A stretch of 64,000 nucleotides of DNA from Zygnema circumcarinatum SAG 698-1b (Eukaryota > Plantae > Zygnematophyceae): NCBI GenBank assembly GCA_037447605.1, contig CM074819.1, forward strand, positions 248,001 to 312,000, in the 5' to 3' direction. Both the position numbers and the translations under genes were made by a program. Below are positions 24,419 through 36,845 of the stretch, piece after piece. Numbering within the stretch: position 1 is the stretch's first letter; every line of letters begins with the position of its first letter. Under the pieces are notes generated by a model. The model did no database searches and was not told the origin of the DNA. It saw nothing but the letters and a program-made list of their open reading frames with translations.

Positions 24419-27400
24419 CTAGTCGGTATTTTTCTCTAGTTGGCTCGGAGTCCTCTCTGAGACCTTGGAGATGGCTGCCGAGGACACCATTACGCCATTC
24501 CCCACAGTTCCGGAGCTCCTCAGAGCCGTCCCTCGAGGAGGCAAGCTCTCTTTCTCGTCCTTCCCACTGCTGTCGGCGGTAGGCACTCGCTCGTAAGTTT
24601 GAGGGGATGACTTTCTGGGTGGGATGGCCTTCATGCTCAAGGAACTCGCGATGAGAATGAACCCAATAAAATGGCCGAAAGTGAAAGGCTTCGTAAAAAT
24701 TATGTAGGAGAGTGCCAAGGTGAGGGCCTTCCTCAACGAGGTTACCTGGAAACATCAAGAGAGAGAGAGCAAGAGCTTATGGCTTACGTAGATTCTGACA
24801 TCTCTGGCATTGAACGCACAGGATTCGGTCGCAAGGATGCGAATGAATCGATGCAAAGTCGACTTACCACATAGGTTGTAGCGGCCCCAAACATGTATAT
24901 GAGTGTGAGGATAGCCAGCTGCCCTATGTATGTAGCCACGGCTGCTACAGCAGTGATGGGATACACAAGAGGATACTGCACCCTCTCCCAAGCCCGCCGT
25001 TTCTCACCTCCCCTGCCTGTCAGATTCCTCATTTTAGAAAGTCAACATTACAGTTAGCGCAAGGCATTCAGAAACGTCGATCCCAAGGCAAAGCGGACAG
25101 TAACCCAGAGATACAGACATCTTTTTCGCATCTGATAAATTACCCCCAAGCATATTAATGAATACATTTCCTGCAAAGCTGTCTGGGAAAAGCAAACAAA
25201 AGGAATCAACTTTGGTGGGGGAGAGGGGCCCGCGAATTCTCACCTTGAGACCGCTCTCCCAGGCCGTCGAGAGCTCGCCTGTCATCAAAAGCGGCGGAAG
25301 CAAAAAAGGAATCCCAACAACCGTGGTGCAGAAGAGCACTTCTTGCTGTATGCAGTTCTCCCCACCACCCACATTCCCCCCACCCCCAACCAAAAGGAAG
25401 AAAAGCAACAACATTGATAAGCAACCTTTGAACTGAGTTGAGCTGCATGCAGGCCAGGGCCAGGGCCAGTCAGTCCTAGGGCCAGTGAGTCTAGTGAGTG
25501 AGTCCTAGGGCCAGTGAGTCTAGTGAGTGAGTCCTAGGGCCAGTGAGTCTAGTGAGTGAGTCCTAGGGCCAGTGAGTCCTAGGGCCAGTGAGTCTAGTGA
25601 GTGAGTGAGTAGTCCTAGGCCAGTGAGTCTAGTGAGTGAGTCCTAGGGCCAGTGAGTCTAGTGAGTGAGTCCTAGGGCCAGTGAGTCTAGTGAGTGAGTC
25701 CTAGGGCCAGTGAGTCTAGTGAGTGAGTCCTAGGGCCAGTGAGTCTAGTGAGTGAGTCCTAGGGCCAGTGAGTCTAGTGAGTGAGTCCTAGGGCCAGTGA
25801 GTCTAGTGAGTGAGTCCTAGGGCCAGTGAGTCTAGTGAGTGAGTCCTAGGGTGAGTCCTAGGGTCACCTGCGAGAGCAGCGGGTCCGCCGCGAACATGCT
25901 CTCTTGGAGGTTGCCGAGGAACGCGTCGAACACGAGCGAGGACACGATCATGATGACGCCAGCGAGCTGTACGGTCGGGGCCGCGGACGCGTCCGCGAGC
26001 GTGAAGACGATGAGGCCGACGACGAGGACGACCGCCGACACGTACTCCCTCGCGGAGTACGTGCGGCGCTGCCCGGGGATGAACGCGCCCATCACCATCA
26101 CCGGGATCACCTGCGCGAGGGGAGGGGGAGGGGGAGGGGGAGGGGAGAGGGAGAGGGAGGAGAGGGAGAGGGGAGAGGAGAGGGGAGAGGGGAGAGGGAG
26201 AGGGGAGAGGGAGAGGGGAGAGGGGAGAGGGGAGAGGGAGAGGGGAGAGGGAGAGGGGGAGAGGGGAGGAGAGGGGAGAGGGAGAGGAGAGAGGGAGAGG
26301 GAGAGGAGAGAGGGAGAGGGAGAGGAGAGAGGGAGAGGGAGAGGGAGGGAAGAGAGGAAGAGAGGGAAGAGAAGGGGGAAGAGAGGGAAGAGAGGGAAGA
26401 GAGGGAAGAGAGGGAAGAGAGGGAAGAGAGGGAAGAGAGGGAAGAGAGGGAAGAGAGGGAAGAGAGGGAAGAGAGGGAAGAGAGAGGAGAGGGAGGAGGG
26501 GAGAGGGAGAGGGAGAGGAGAGGGAGAGGGGAGAGGAGAGGAGAGGAGAGGGGAGGGGAGAGGAGAGGGAGAGGGAGAGGGAGAGGAGAGGGAGAGGGGA
26601 GAGGGGAGAGGGAGAGGAGAGGGAGAGGAGGGAAGAGAGGGAGGGGGGGAAAAGAGTGGGAAGAGAGGGGAGGGGGGAAAAGAGAGGGAAGAGAGGGAAG
26701 AGAGGGAAGAGAGGGAAGAGAGGGAAGAGAGGGAAGAGAGGGAAGAGAGGGAAGAGAGTGAAGAGAGGGAAGAGAGGGAAGAGAGGGAAGAGAGGGAAGA
26801 GAGGGAAGAGAGGGAAGAGAGGGAAGAGAGGGAAGAGAGAGGAGAGGGGAGAGGGGAGAGGGGAGAGGGGAGAGGGAGAGGGAGAGGGAGAGTTTGAGGG
26901 GGGGTAGGGCTGCAGGGTTGTGGTCCCATTGGCTGGTCCCATTGGTTGCTCTCGGGGAAAACCCAAGAAGGACTCGAAATACAACCCTAAGCGACCCTAG
27001 AATTGAAAGGTTTGCAGCGTGTAGAAAATTTGGATGAGTTGTGAGTTGTGAGCGCGGCTGCCATACCTTGGACGATTTGAAAATGACCTGCGCCGGATAG
27101 TTAATGTATGACAAGGAGGCCTTTGTGAGCCCCGTGGTTCCCACAAGAGCGATTGAAATCCACAAATAGGCCGACCACTTCTGGCGGCGGTCTGACAAAC
27201 GGAAGCCATGGATGTAGGCGAGCACGAGGTACACCAAGCTCTGCACGAGAGTGAAGTACCACGCGTACCTGCACGCGCTCCTCGAGTCAGTTCCCGGCGA
27301 AGGGCGTTTTAGGGTTTAGGGGTTGACATGGGAGGAAACAGAGCAGCCGGAAGGCGTGAAGGGAAAGGGATGGGCTTCACCCGAACTCCAACTGTTTGAA

Positions 27401-28100
27401 GACAAACTCCTGCAGCGCGGTGGAAAAGCAGCCCAATTCCCACTCATCTCGTTAAAAAAAAAACGGGATAACAGAAACGGAATTGGTTGCCTAGTGGAGG
27501 AAGGAATTGTGAAACATGACGGATGGCAAACAAAGTACGACGGACTTTCTCTGCACAAGAGATCTGTGGAAGGCCACGACTGAAACATGAAGCCAGCAAG
27601 CCTGAAATGAAGTTGGAAACTTTTCCACATTTGACTGGACACGACAGAAAACTCTGAAAGAGTACCTCGCAGACCCCATTGAGAAGGAATCCGAAAAAGA
27701 CGGCGCTGCTGCACAAGAGGAGCTGACCCGTGCACCGATCCCACCCCCCAGGTAAGGCTTCTCTCAAATTTTTTTAACTATGCGAAACAATTCATGCACA
27801 AAAGACAGGGTTAAGCGAGGCAATGGGGAGAATTAAACTGAAGTTGAAACCAAACTCCCTGCAGAGCCAAGGGGCTCTTTGGAAGAAACGTGAATCGAAA
27901 CCCTACTTATTTCGCCAGAAGGATCGAGAAGCAGGGGGCAGAGCTAAGGTGGATCTGCATTGATTTTTGGGATCAAGAGATTCGGCTTGAACCTGAAACC
28001 ACCGAGGTTTGTTTCCGAGGTTAATTCCAAACATTTTGGTTTCCACCGGTTCTGGAAACTTCGTAACATCCGAAGGGGAGGCCATCGCCATGGTCGTCAT
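24419..28100 (-). CDS. UTR2: UAA-family nucleotide-sugar transporter, UTR2/UTR4 (SLC35B3-like), 391 aa, 8 exons
   Basis: Exons 27993-28100, 27666-27722, 27381-27409, 27067-27268, 25868-26110, 25244-25345, 24868-24975, 24419-24745. Motifs [55 protein letters not shown] and TSLRKALTLALSYIIFTKP. Confidence 0.93.
25469..25864. repeat. 29-bp tandem repeat (GTGAGTCCTAGGGCCAGTGAGTCTAGTGA), about 13-14 units, filling UTR2 intron 5
   Basis: Direct reading; begins immediately at the intron donor on the minus strand. Confidence 0.92.
26118..26893. repeat. GA-rich low-complexity tract (GGGAGA / GAGGGAAGA units) in UTR2 intron 4
   Basis: Direct reading. Confidence 0.9.
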
Positions 28101-29046
28101 GGCGCTTCCTTACACTCTGATCCCCTCCAAAAAAGAAGGAAACGAAAGGAAAAAAAATGAAGCTGGAGGGTAACAGAACCAGAAAAATGGTGGCATGCAA
28201 TTGATAAGGCATTGCAATCCGTCATCAAAGTCTGCTCGTAAAGCGCCTCTTCTTACGTCCAAACATTTTATCCTTTTCTGAGTGAACGGTGCACAATTTT
28301 CCCCAACCAGCCTTTCATTGGGAATGAAATGCTGAACAAGAATAGCCCCTGTCCTTTCTAAGGTGAAGGTATTTGCTAATATATTCCATACATTTCCATG
28401 TGGATCAATTAACTCAGTACCGTGCTAATATTTCATGTTTTTACGCGTGGGTGAAGTGTTTCAAGAGAGCACCCAAAGCTGGACTTTTACAAACCTTTTT
28501 TAATTCTTGAAATTCGAAACTTGAAAACAGCAATTACTCTAATGTCTACGCGGAAGTTCAGAAGATCCACCTTACAATGAGAGTCTAAAAAGTATCTCAT
28601 TTATGCATAAAGCTGACTAATCATTTGAAGTATGCAGTAAGAGGGCCCAAAGATCACGATAGAAAATTCAGGCAGAAACAAAAAAAACAATAAAAAAGTG
28701 TGAGCGTTCTAAAAGATACACATCCTAAATGCAGCATGCTTTCATGCCGACCGGGATCAGCTCTGCTTTGCACCTACACACATGCTTCCGTCCGCATCTG
28801 GTCGTTACACCACTTTCTCCCTCTCCCTCTCCCTCTCCCTCCCCGCTCTCCCTATCTCTTTACACATTCCCTCCCAGCTAAACGTCACAGAAAGGAACAC
28901 ATTGGCGTACAAATCGTAATGTGGGAGATGGATGCATCCCATTTTGGAGAATGCATGAAGAAGGAAGGTGACGAAGCATCAAGAAGCCATGGCTGCCGCA
29001 GCTCAATGAGAGGATATACCCAGAATTAGTCAATTCAGTTCCAGTT

Positions 29047-29900
29047 TCAGATCCCATTAAGCGAAAAGCGGCCCAGCATTGCCTCAAAAGGGCTGACTGG
29101 AAGAACTTTATTCAATACAGGTGCATGCTGAAGCAAAAAATGTTGATCAATCTGTCTCTCCCGATCCCAACTTTCCGTCTCCATCAGTTTCTGCCCCTCC
29201 CCCTCTCTCTATCTGCCCCCCACTCTCTCTCTCCCCACCCCTCTCTCTATCTGCCCCCCACTCTCTCTCTCCCCACCCCTCTCTCTCTTTCTCTCATCCC
29301 TCCTGCCAGCTGGGCGCAATCGATTCAAAAAATCCTTGAGCAGCAATTGCGCCCGTCGAAGAACTGAAGAGGCTCTTCAGGATCCAGTGGCGATACGGAG
29401 GGCGCGGATCCAAGCTCACCTTCGCGGATGGTCCGCAGGAAGAGGCGCGCGCCAAAGGTCGCTCAGCAGCCGCTCTTCCTGCCAACGTTCAAAACAGATC
29501 AGAGGGGATCAGCAAGACGCGCGAGAGAGAGAGGGGGGGGGGAAGAGAGAGAGAGAGGCAGAGAGGCAGAGGGAAGGAAGGAGACGGCAAGGACAAGGAG
29601 GAGGAGGACAAGAGTGGAGAGAAAGAGAGGGGAACAACGACAGAGGGGAAGGAAGGCAGCAGAGAAAGACCAAAGGGCGACTTTCTAACCCTAAAAGCCA
29701 AAATCTGATCCTCTCCGAAGCTACTCTTTCCTTCCCTCTACCCCCCTACTCACTCTCTCTCTCTCCCTCCCCGCGCCCATTCCCACCTCTGCAGACCTAC
29801 GGCTCGACGCCGCGGCAGAACGAAAGAGAGGAGGCGAGCGAGAGAGAGAGGAGGCGAGCGAGAGAGAGAGTAGTCCGCCTGGTCATCTGCAGGCTCGCAG
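29047..29900 (-). CDS. Possible small spliced gene of unknown function; start not resolved
   Basis: Phase-compatible canonical exons ...-29797, 29420-29478 and 29047-29127 give ..VLPRRRAVG-RAAAERPLARASSCGPSAK-HAPVLNKVLPVSPFEAMLGRFSLNGI*. No family recognised and no in-frame ATG found. Confidence 0.28.
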
Positions 29901-30108
29901 CGCGCGCCCTTGCGTCCTCGGAGCGCCCGCCAACTCGCCCTCTCTCCCTCCCTCCCTCTCGCTCCCCCGCGGGAGGCGGCCCAGCCTCTGCTCGCGGGAG
30001 GATGCGGAGCAGTTCCATGGGCCAACGGAGGGGAGCCTGTTCGACTGAACGGCGGCCGATTGCACGGCACCGCTGAAAGTGGACCTAGAAAAATATTCTT
30101 TGAAAAAA

Positions 30109-30704
30109 GGTAGGGGATTGCTAGATTCACACCTTTTTTGTCTATACAGACCTTTTTTCGCCGGGCAGATTTTATTTAAGAAAATGAAAAATGTTTATTT
30201 CACACCTTTTTTGTCTAGGCGCACTCCTTTTCCGCCGGGCAGAATTTATTTTTGAAAAAAAAGGATTTGAAGCCCTAAAAACGCATTTTATTTCCACACG
30301 CATTTAGGGGGAGTCATCAAGGTCTTTGACGCCCGGCTGCAGATCAAACGGTGATCTGCCGTTTTGCGATCTGCGAGGAAATCGACGGCTGGGAGTAACG
30401 CACGTGTGAAAGACGGACACCCGCGAACGCTCTCGTGGAGGACGGATCTTTCGCTCCGAGCGGATTCGGGCAGGCCGATATTTTTTTCCCTCAAAAAAAA
30501 ATTCACGGAGGCGGGGGATTAAAAATGGGGTGACGGGTTACCATTTTCCTTGTTTCGCAAAAATAGAATCTGCCGACGGAAGAAGGTGGGTATCGATTCC
30601 AGAAAGGTGTGAAAAAAGCATTTTCCGTTTTTAATCCTTTTTGAAATCTGCCCGGCCGGGAAGGGGTGTTTGGATCCGAAAAAGGGGTGGAAATAACACT
30701 ACCC
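30109..30704. mobile_element. Partial copy of the GGGTAGTG-TIR foldback family (right arm intact, left side degenerate subrepeats)
   Basis: 30330-30704 is closely similar to 39190-39573 and ends AATAACACTACCC. Confidence 0.75.
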
Positions 30705-31737
30705 AAAAAAAATGGCTGAAATGAATTCAGATATGGCATACGGTACGGAATTGGACTTTGACGCGTACGGACAAGAGCCGCGGCTGTACGGTACGACATG
30801 AAGCCGCCTAGCCGCACGTGCGGGATAATCTGGAGATTCTGGACCCGTCGGCCGACGTGCGCGCCGGGGCGTCAGAAAAGGAAGGTCTGTTTGTTTGCCG
30901 CTGCCCGGCAGGACGGGCAGCGGACGGCGGGCCTCTAGGGCTGGGGCTGGGAATGGGGCTAGGGCTGCGCTCGGGCTGGAGCTAGGGAGGCTCTAGCCGG
31001 CTGGCTGACGGCGAGTTCCGCGCCTGCAGTGCCGTGCCGCCGCTGATGGCGGGCAGCGCCAGAAACATTTTTGTGCCTGCGCTCCCGCCCGCCCGCCCGC
31101 CCGCCCGCCCGCCCGCCCGCCCGCTTACCGGACCGGGTTCGTCGCTCGCTCGTTCGCTTGTGACTGTCGCCTACGTGGCAGATCTTGGGCACCAACGATT
31201 GGTCCACGTGTCGCGCAGTCGTAACCGCTCGCGACGCCGCTCCGCCCGGACCGTACCGTGTCGAACCGTACGGTCGTTGGCGCTTTTCATGCTGAATTTG
31301 AGATCCGATTTTTGTCGTCCGTCCGTCCGGCCGTCGTCCAGTTTCGACTGCACAGGCATGGAAACACCGGACTGGCGCGCAGGGCCGATGCTGACGTCGG
31401 GGAAGCGCGCGCGGTTGGAGGGGCGTTTCGAAGTTTTGCGAAGTGGGTCGTCGATCCAAACTGTTCAGAAACCTAGTTTGCATAAATGACGTCGCCGGTG
31501 CCTCTTATGACGTCATATATTTAGCAGACCGAACCGCTGCGGCCGCGTGCTGACGTCGGCGAGTGGTCGACCTCAAAGGGCGGGAGCCACTGTACGGCGC
31601 GTCACACTGGCGGACGGACCGTACAGGAGTCCGTACAGAGTGACCGTACGGCGCGGCGAGATGGCGCCCGGGGAGGGCGGGGGGCGGGGGGCGAGGGCGC
31701 TGAGCGCCACGTGGCGCCTGACGGGGGGGGGGCGGCC

Positions 31738-34700
31738 ATGGGGGTCGACCTCGCGAGCGGGCGCGCGGGGACCGACCTCGGCAAGGCCAGGGCCTTCGCC
31801 GGGGACGGCAGGCGGTACGGGGGGGAGGGGGGGGAAAGGGAGGGTTAGGGTTAGGAGTTAGGGGGCGGGGGTAGTGGTAAGGTAGAGCCATGATGAGGGT
31901 CAGAGTGAGGGGAAGGGCTGGCCGAGGAGGATTAGGATCAGGGTGAGGTTCGCGAGAGTTTGGGTTTTTGAGTGGGGGAAATATGGAGAAGACGGGGGAT
32001 AAGGCTGGGAGTCGGAGGTAGGGTGAGGGGCAGAGGGGACGTAGGATTGGTAGAAGAGGCGAGGAGGGGGAGAATGGGTAGTGGACGAGGCGAGGGGAGG
32101 GAGGGAGAGGGAGTCGAGAGTGGGAAGGAGGACGGGAGGGTTGGAAGAGAGGAAGGAGGGGAAAACAGAAGGCGGCTGCTATGGACGTACGTACTGATGC
32201 TAATCTAGAGGATACTTAATTTCAAGAGAAAGAAAGACAAGGAACTGTTATCATTCTGTAAAATCTGGCATAATCTTGATTTATTTTTGCGTAGCTTAGA
32301 ATCTTTGAATCCTAGGAACGGTGTAATTCAAGATGTGGCGTCGTAATGAGCGATCTGGGGGACCTTCTGGCTGGGCAGACAAAAACTCTTCTTTATGCTC
32401 GTTCTCGCATTCGTCGCAACCAGTATTTGGTTCTCGTTGGTGCGCTTTCTCTCTTTCTTGTCTCCCCACCCCACCCCACCCCACCCCCTCCCCCCCTCTC
32501 TCTCTCTCGCTCTCTCCCTCTCTCTCGTTACTATCCTACAAACTGCGCTGCGAACGTGTCTCCTGCAAGCAACGGACAGTTTTCGCTTTTAATTTTGTCA
32601 AGTCTGAGGGGTTTGAAGCGGGGCTATGGGGGTTCAGTTGTGTCAGTGTAGCAGGAACTCATTAGACGGAAATGTGAAGGCGGAAATAAGCCAACTTCGC
32701 GAGCAGGTCTCGCTCCTGCGACGCTCCAAAGGGCCCCACTTTGTGATCTGTATGCAAAGATCAAAAGTGACGATTCCCGACGGATCCCTTCATACTCTTC
32801 CCCCTCAGCCCTTGTTAGATGGCAGAATGGATCTGCAAGATGCTTTTTCGGGGGAGTTTGGTTCAAAGGTTTTATTTCACCCACTCGATGCTAGAGGGGA
32901 GGTCCTTCAAATGGTCGACGCGGTGTTCTATGCGCGCCTTTCTGGACCGGCAATTGTAGTGGGGAAGCACAGTTCAAAGATGACAAATGGCTCAATCGCA
33001 TTTTATTTTAGGCCGCCTTTGCCCGGCAAGTACAGGTGGGCTCTTAACTCGTTGATGTTGATGTCTTTTGCTCTTGAATTAATGACGCTCTCTTGAATAT
33101 TCCCTCATACATTGATGTGGTTAAAAAAGGAGCTTCGGTGTTCTCGTGGCTAATGTCACCTTTGCCATTGCCTCTTATTTTGAATATGAATGGGTTTGCT
33201 CAACAGTCCACTGTCGATTTTTTGGCCCTTCCTTCGTAGCTTCTAGTTGGCCATGAATGTTAGTATTTGTTGTTCGTTGACAGGCTTGATATATGGCTAC
33301 TCTACGATCGCTACTCCCGGCAGTTGGCGGCGTGGGAGTCTGCAAACATAGAATCTCAGGTGGTCTCCACTACCATAAACCTGATTCATACTTGCAAAAG
33401 TGAGCTCATATTTTCGCCAAAAAACGAAATTGTCTCTGACCACTTTCTCAGCGCGACCTCCACGCTTTGGTTAGCTTACAAAATTCGATTCGTGACAACA
33501 TGTAGACGGTGTGACGTCAGCCTGACGGCAGCTTCTGCTCTCCCTCCCTCCCTCCGCAGGATGTGATCAACTGTCTGACGCAGTGCCACGACAGCGGGCC
33601 ATGGGAGGTGCCTCTAGGACGCGTCACCTTCTACGAAACCTGCATGAACAGCTGCAGAGAACATTTTGGAGGGCCGCAATTACTTGAACAGTCGAAGACG
33701 ATTGAGGGAATTTCTGTGGTCGGCAAACGCGTGTTTCCATCGGTATGTGTTGGAACGCTCTCGACGTTCGCAGTTTCAGAGTTCATTCACCATCAATGAC
33801 GTTTTGCAGAGGAATTGTTTCGGCTGCATATTTGGGTTAGCTTTTGTGCGTCACATGTCACCATATGTTTCGCGTTTGGGAAGGCCAAAGCCTGTACCTT
33901 ATCTGTCAACATTTTGTGACTGCATTGCCTGTTTGCCCCTTTCATGTGCATGGACTGATTTTACTCGTCTCCTCTATCGTGGGAATGCAATGTTCGGGGG
34001 TTCATGTAACGCAGGAGAAGCGGATATGCGGTCTCGAGATGGATGCGGAGCAGACAGGCTATTGGCTGGATGCGAATAAGTATTGCCGAAGACCTAATGA
34101 CGATTCAAAAGCGCAAATGGAGAAGTGGATAAAATGCCGTCAGTGGCTCGTGCTCTGCCCGCGGCAGGCCTACACCGACCCCCGCGAGCACATCTGCAAC
34201 AGGTGAGCGCTCCCTCTCCCCTCTCTCCTCTCTCTCTCTCGTCTCTTTCCTCTCTCTCTCTCCTCTTCCCTCTCTCTCTCCTCTCTCCTCTCTCTCCCCT
34301 CTCTCTCGCTCTCTCTCCTCTTCTCTCCGCTCGCTCTCAGAAGGGACAAGCGCTGTCTGCTCCTTTCTGTTCTGAGCCTCTCGCCGCTGTGGGGAGAAGG
34401 GCAGCTCTTTAGTGTGGCGACCAATAAACTGCCGCCACGCAGTTTGGACATCGATGGAGCTTCCCCATTCGACTGCCGAACATTATAGAAAGAACATTTC
34501 GAGGCTGAAGGAGAAACTGCGGTTCTATGGGGACTCGACTGTTCGTGAGCTCAGCGACATTTGGCGGATAGCATTTCCCACATTCAAAGAATTTCAGGTA
34601 AGTAAGCATTCACGCGCAGAGGTAGGGCGTGGACTGGCGTCACTGACTCAATTCATCAGCAATTTCAGAGACCAATTTTTTTAAGACTCATCACAAATGT

Positions 34701-35712
34701 CATTGGTGAACGGTTCGTCCTCCTCCCCGTGTTTTTTTTTTCCTCTTGCAGTATAACCGAACAGAATCCATCCTGAAAAAGGGTCCAGATCAGATATTGT
34801 TCATTGGAAGCTGTGGCCAAGCAGGAGCCTCGTGGCTCTCAACCATGAAGGTGAGGATGCTGCTGGGAGGTGGCATTATGGGGGCTCTAATTTCCTCCAT
34901 CAATTCTGAGGAGAAACTGTGTTACCAGAGATATCAGAGACCTCCGTTGAAGGAACACACACGATAGGCTTCCTCTCTGAACCTTCATAAGGTGTTTTTT
35001 TTTGTGACGAGATGCATGGCGGCGCCCTCATAAGGATTCCTGGCTGGGAATTGGAGGCAGATGCAAGACATCCAATCATGGTGCCGCGGAAATTTGTCGC
35101 GATTAGGAGAACGAGCGGATTGGAAGCTGCTTATATGGCGGAGCAGTCCGGCGGCCCACCCGTACTTGGGGCCGAGCATCAACCCCATGTTTGAAGGCTA
35201 CCATGGGCAGCGCATGTTCTTGACGTATCCCTTGGTGGAGCAGTTCAACTCCTTGTGTTTAGACATTTTGGCAAGGTCAGCCGATGGCTGCCCCCCCCCC
35301 CCCTCTCTCTCTCTCGCTCCCACTCTCTCCCTCTCTCTCTCTCATGTTCTATACCGGTCGTCCTTGTTATGAGGAGTGCAAGACAAGCAGCTGTCCACTT
35401 ACTGAGTGCGATATTTTCTATTGATTTTTGGATTGCGTGCGGTTACGTGTGCACAGGGCGGGGTTCATGGATCACCGATTTCTGTATTTGGACGAGTACG
35501 CGATCACGGAGCCGACAAAAGGAATGCAGACGGACGGGCTCCACGTGTACTACAACGCGCGGTCGCCGAACCTCGTGGTTCCCTGGACCGTCTTCAACAG
35601 CTTCTTGGCGCTCCTCGTGGAGGCCATCAGGAAAAAAATAATCGGCGGAAACCCGCAAAGCATCGGAATGGCATCATCGCCTCCGCAACAATCGGGCGGA
35701 GACACGGCGTAG
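31738..35712 (+). CDS. NXPE/PC-esterase-like SGNH-fold protein, paralogue B
   Basis: Likely exons 31738-31814, 32379-32439 (TM), ~32647-33036 (DAVFYARLSGP..NGSIAFYFRPPLPGKYR), then RLDIWLLYD, CLTQCHDSGPW..CMNSCREHFGG, KWIKCRQ..LCP, FYGDSTVRE, KLLIWRSSPAAHPYLGPSI..GYHGQRMFLT and QTDGLHVYY; stop at 35712. The first two exons are less certain. Confidence 0.8.
31838..31960 (+). repeat. Degenerate telomere-like tract in the first intron of NXPE-like gene B
   Basis: GGGTTAGGGTTAGGAGTTAGGG followed by 6-bp periodic G-rich variants. Confidence 0.5.
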
Positions 35713-35756
35713 GGATGGCCCTCCATGCCTTCGCTCCATTTTAAATAGGCCTTTTC

Positions 35757-36290
35757 ATTTTTCAAAAAAACGTGTACCGTAAAACCGAACAGGTTGAGAA
35801 ATTGAGAAACGAGTATACTTGATTTCTCGGTTCTCAATCGTTTTGTATAGGGTTGAACTTTGAATACTCGAGGTCGAAACTTTTTCAATTTAAGAAAGTG
35901 AAAAGTTTTAAAGAAAAAGATCGAAAACTCAACATGTTCGGTCGTGCGTGTGGATTCCAGTTTTTGTTTTATTTTTTGATGGTTCCGTGCAATTTGAGGT
36001 ATCCGGTAAAACTGGGCCTCGTTCTTTTTTGTACGACACTTCCCGCGGGCAGATCAACAATTTTTGTACGGTCAAGCGGGTCCACGCTCTCTGCGATCCA
36101 CTAAAATCTCATTGTTGATCGGTGGACCCGATGAAAACTCAAATTGAACACGAACGATAATTAACTGTTCAATGTTCAATTGGCTCTTCAAAAAAATTAA
36201 ATTGAGAAAAAATTTGAGGAATTCATTTCTCATTTCTCTAAGTGAATCGTGTTCACAAATGTAAGGTTTTTTTTTTGAGAAACTGGTTTT
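35757..36290. mobile_element. Old degenerate foldback / MITE-like inverted repeat
   Basis: Inverted patches such as TTTTTCAAAAAAA..GAGAAATTGAGAAAC versus ATTTCTCATTTCTC..TTTTTTTGAGAAA, and GATCAACAAT versus ATTGTTGATC near the centre. Ends are unclear. Confidence 0.4.
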
Positions 36291-36845
36291 GAAAGTTTTT
36301 TTTTTTTAAACGAAGCCAAAATCTTTAATTTCCATTCTTCTTCTCCTGTTCGGTTTTACAGTAGATATGACTGAATCCGGCTGAGCATGTGAATAATCCA
36401 AAATCTTTCTTTGCGGACATTTACTTGAGAGTTGTCGGGTTGCGCGTGTCTCATGTTGCACATGGACCAGCAGGGGCAGTGTGAGACCACCTGCCCGCCC
36501 GCGTCAAGACATGCATGCGTGCATGCATGGGCGTGCAGGGGGCACATGCATGGACACATTCGCTAGCGACAAAACCACGTCAGTCGGCTCTCGCCACGTC
36601 ATAGTGACCATGAACAATCCAACGCTTGCTCGCTCGCTCGCTGAACCGACACGCGCGCGCGCGCGCACTGGCTGGCTGGCTAGTTCGCATGCATGCCCAC
36701 ATGGCGCTGTTGCCAACTTGCAGCGCTCATGTTGTTAGATGGTTGTGGTAATGGTCATGGTTGTTGGTCATGGTCACGGTCATGGTCATGATCATTGTCA
36801 TGGTTATTCTGAACAAGAATGCGACCACCCCTCTTGCCTCGCCTC

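Noticed and set aside
25803-27246. Long 285-393 aa ORFs on both strands
   Set aside because: Mostly GA/CT low-complexity intron; only the embedded UTR2 exons are coding.
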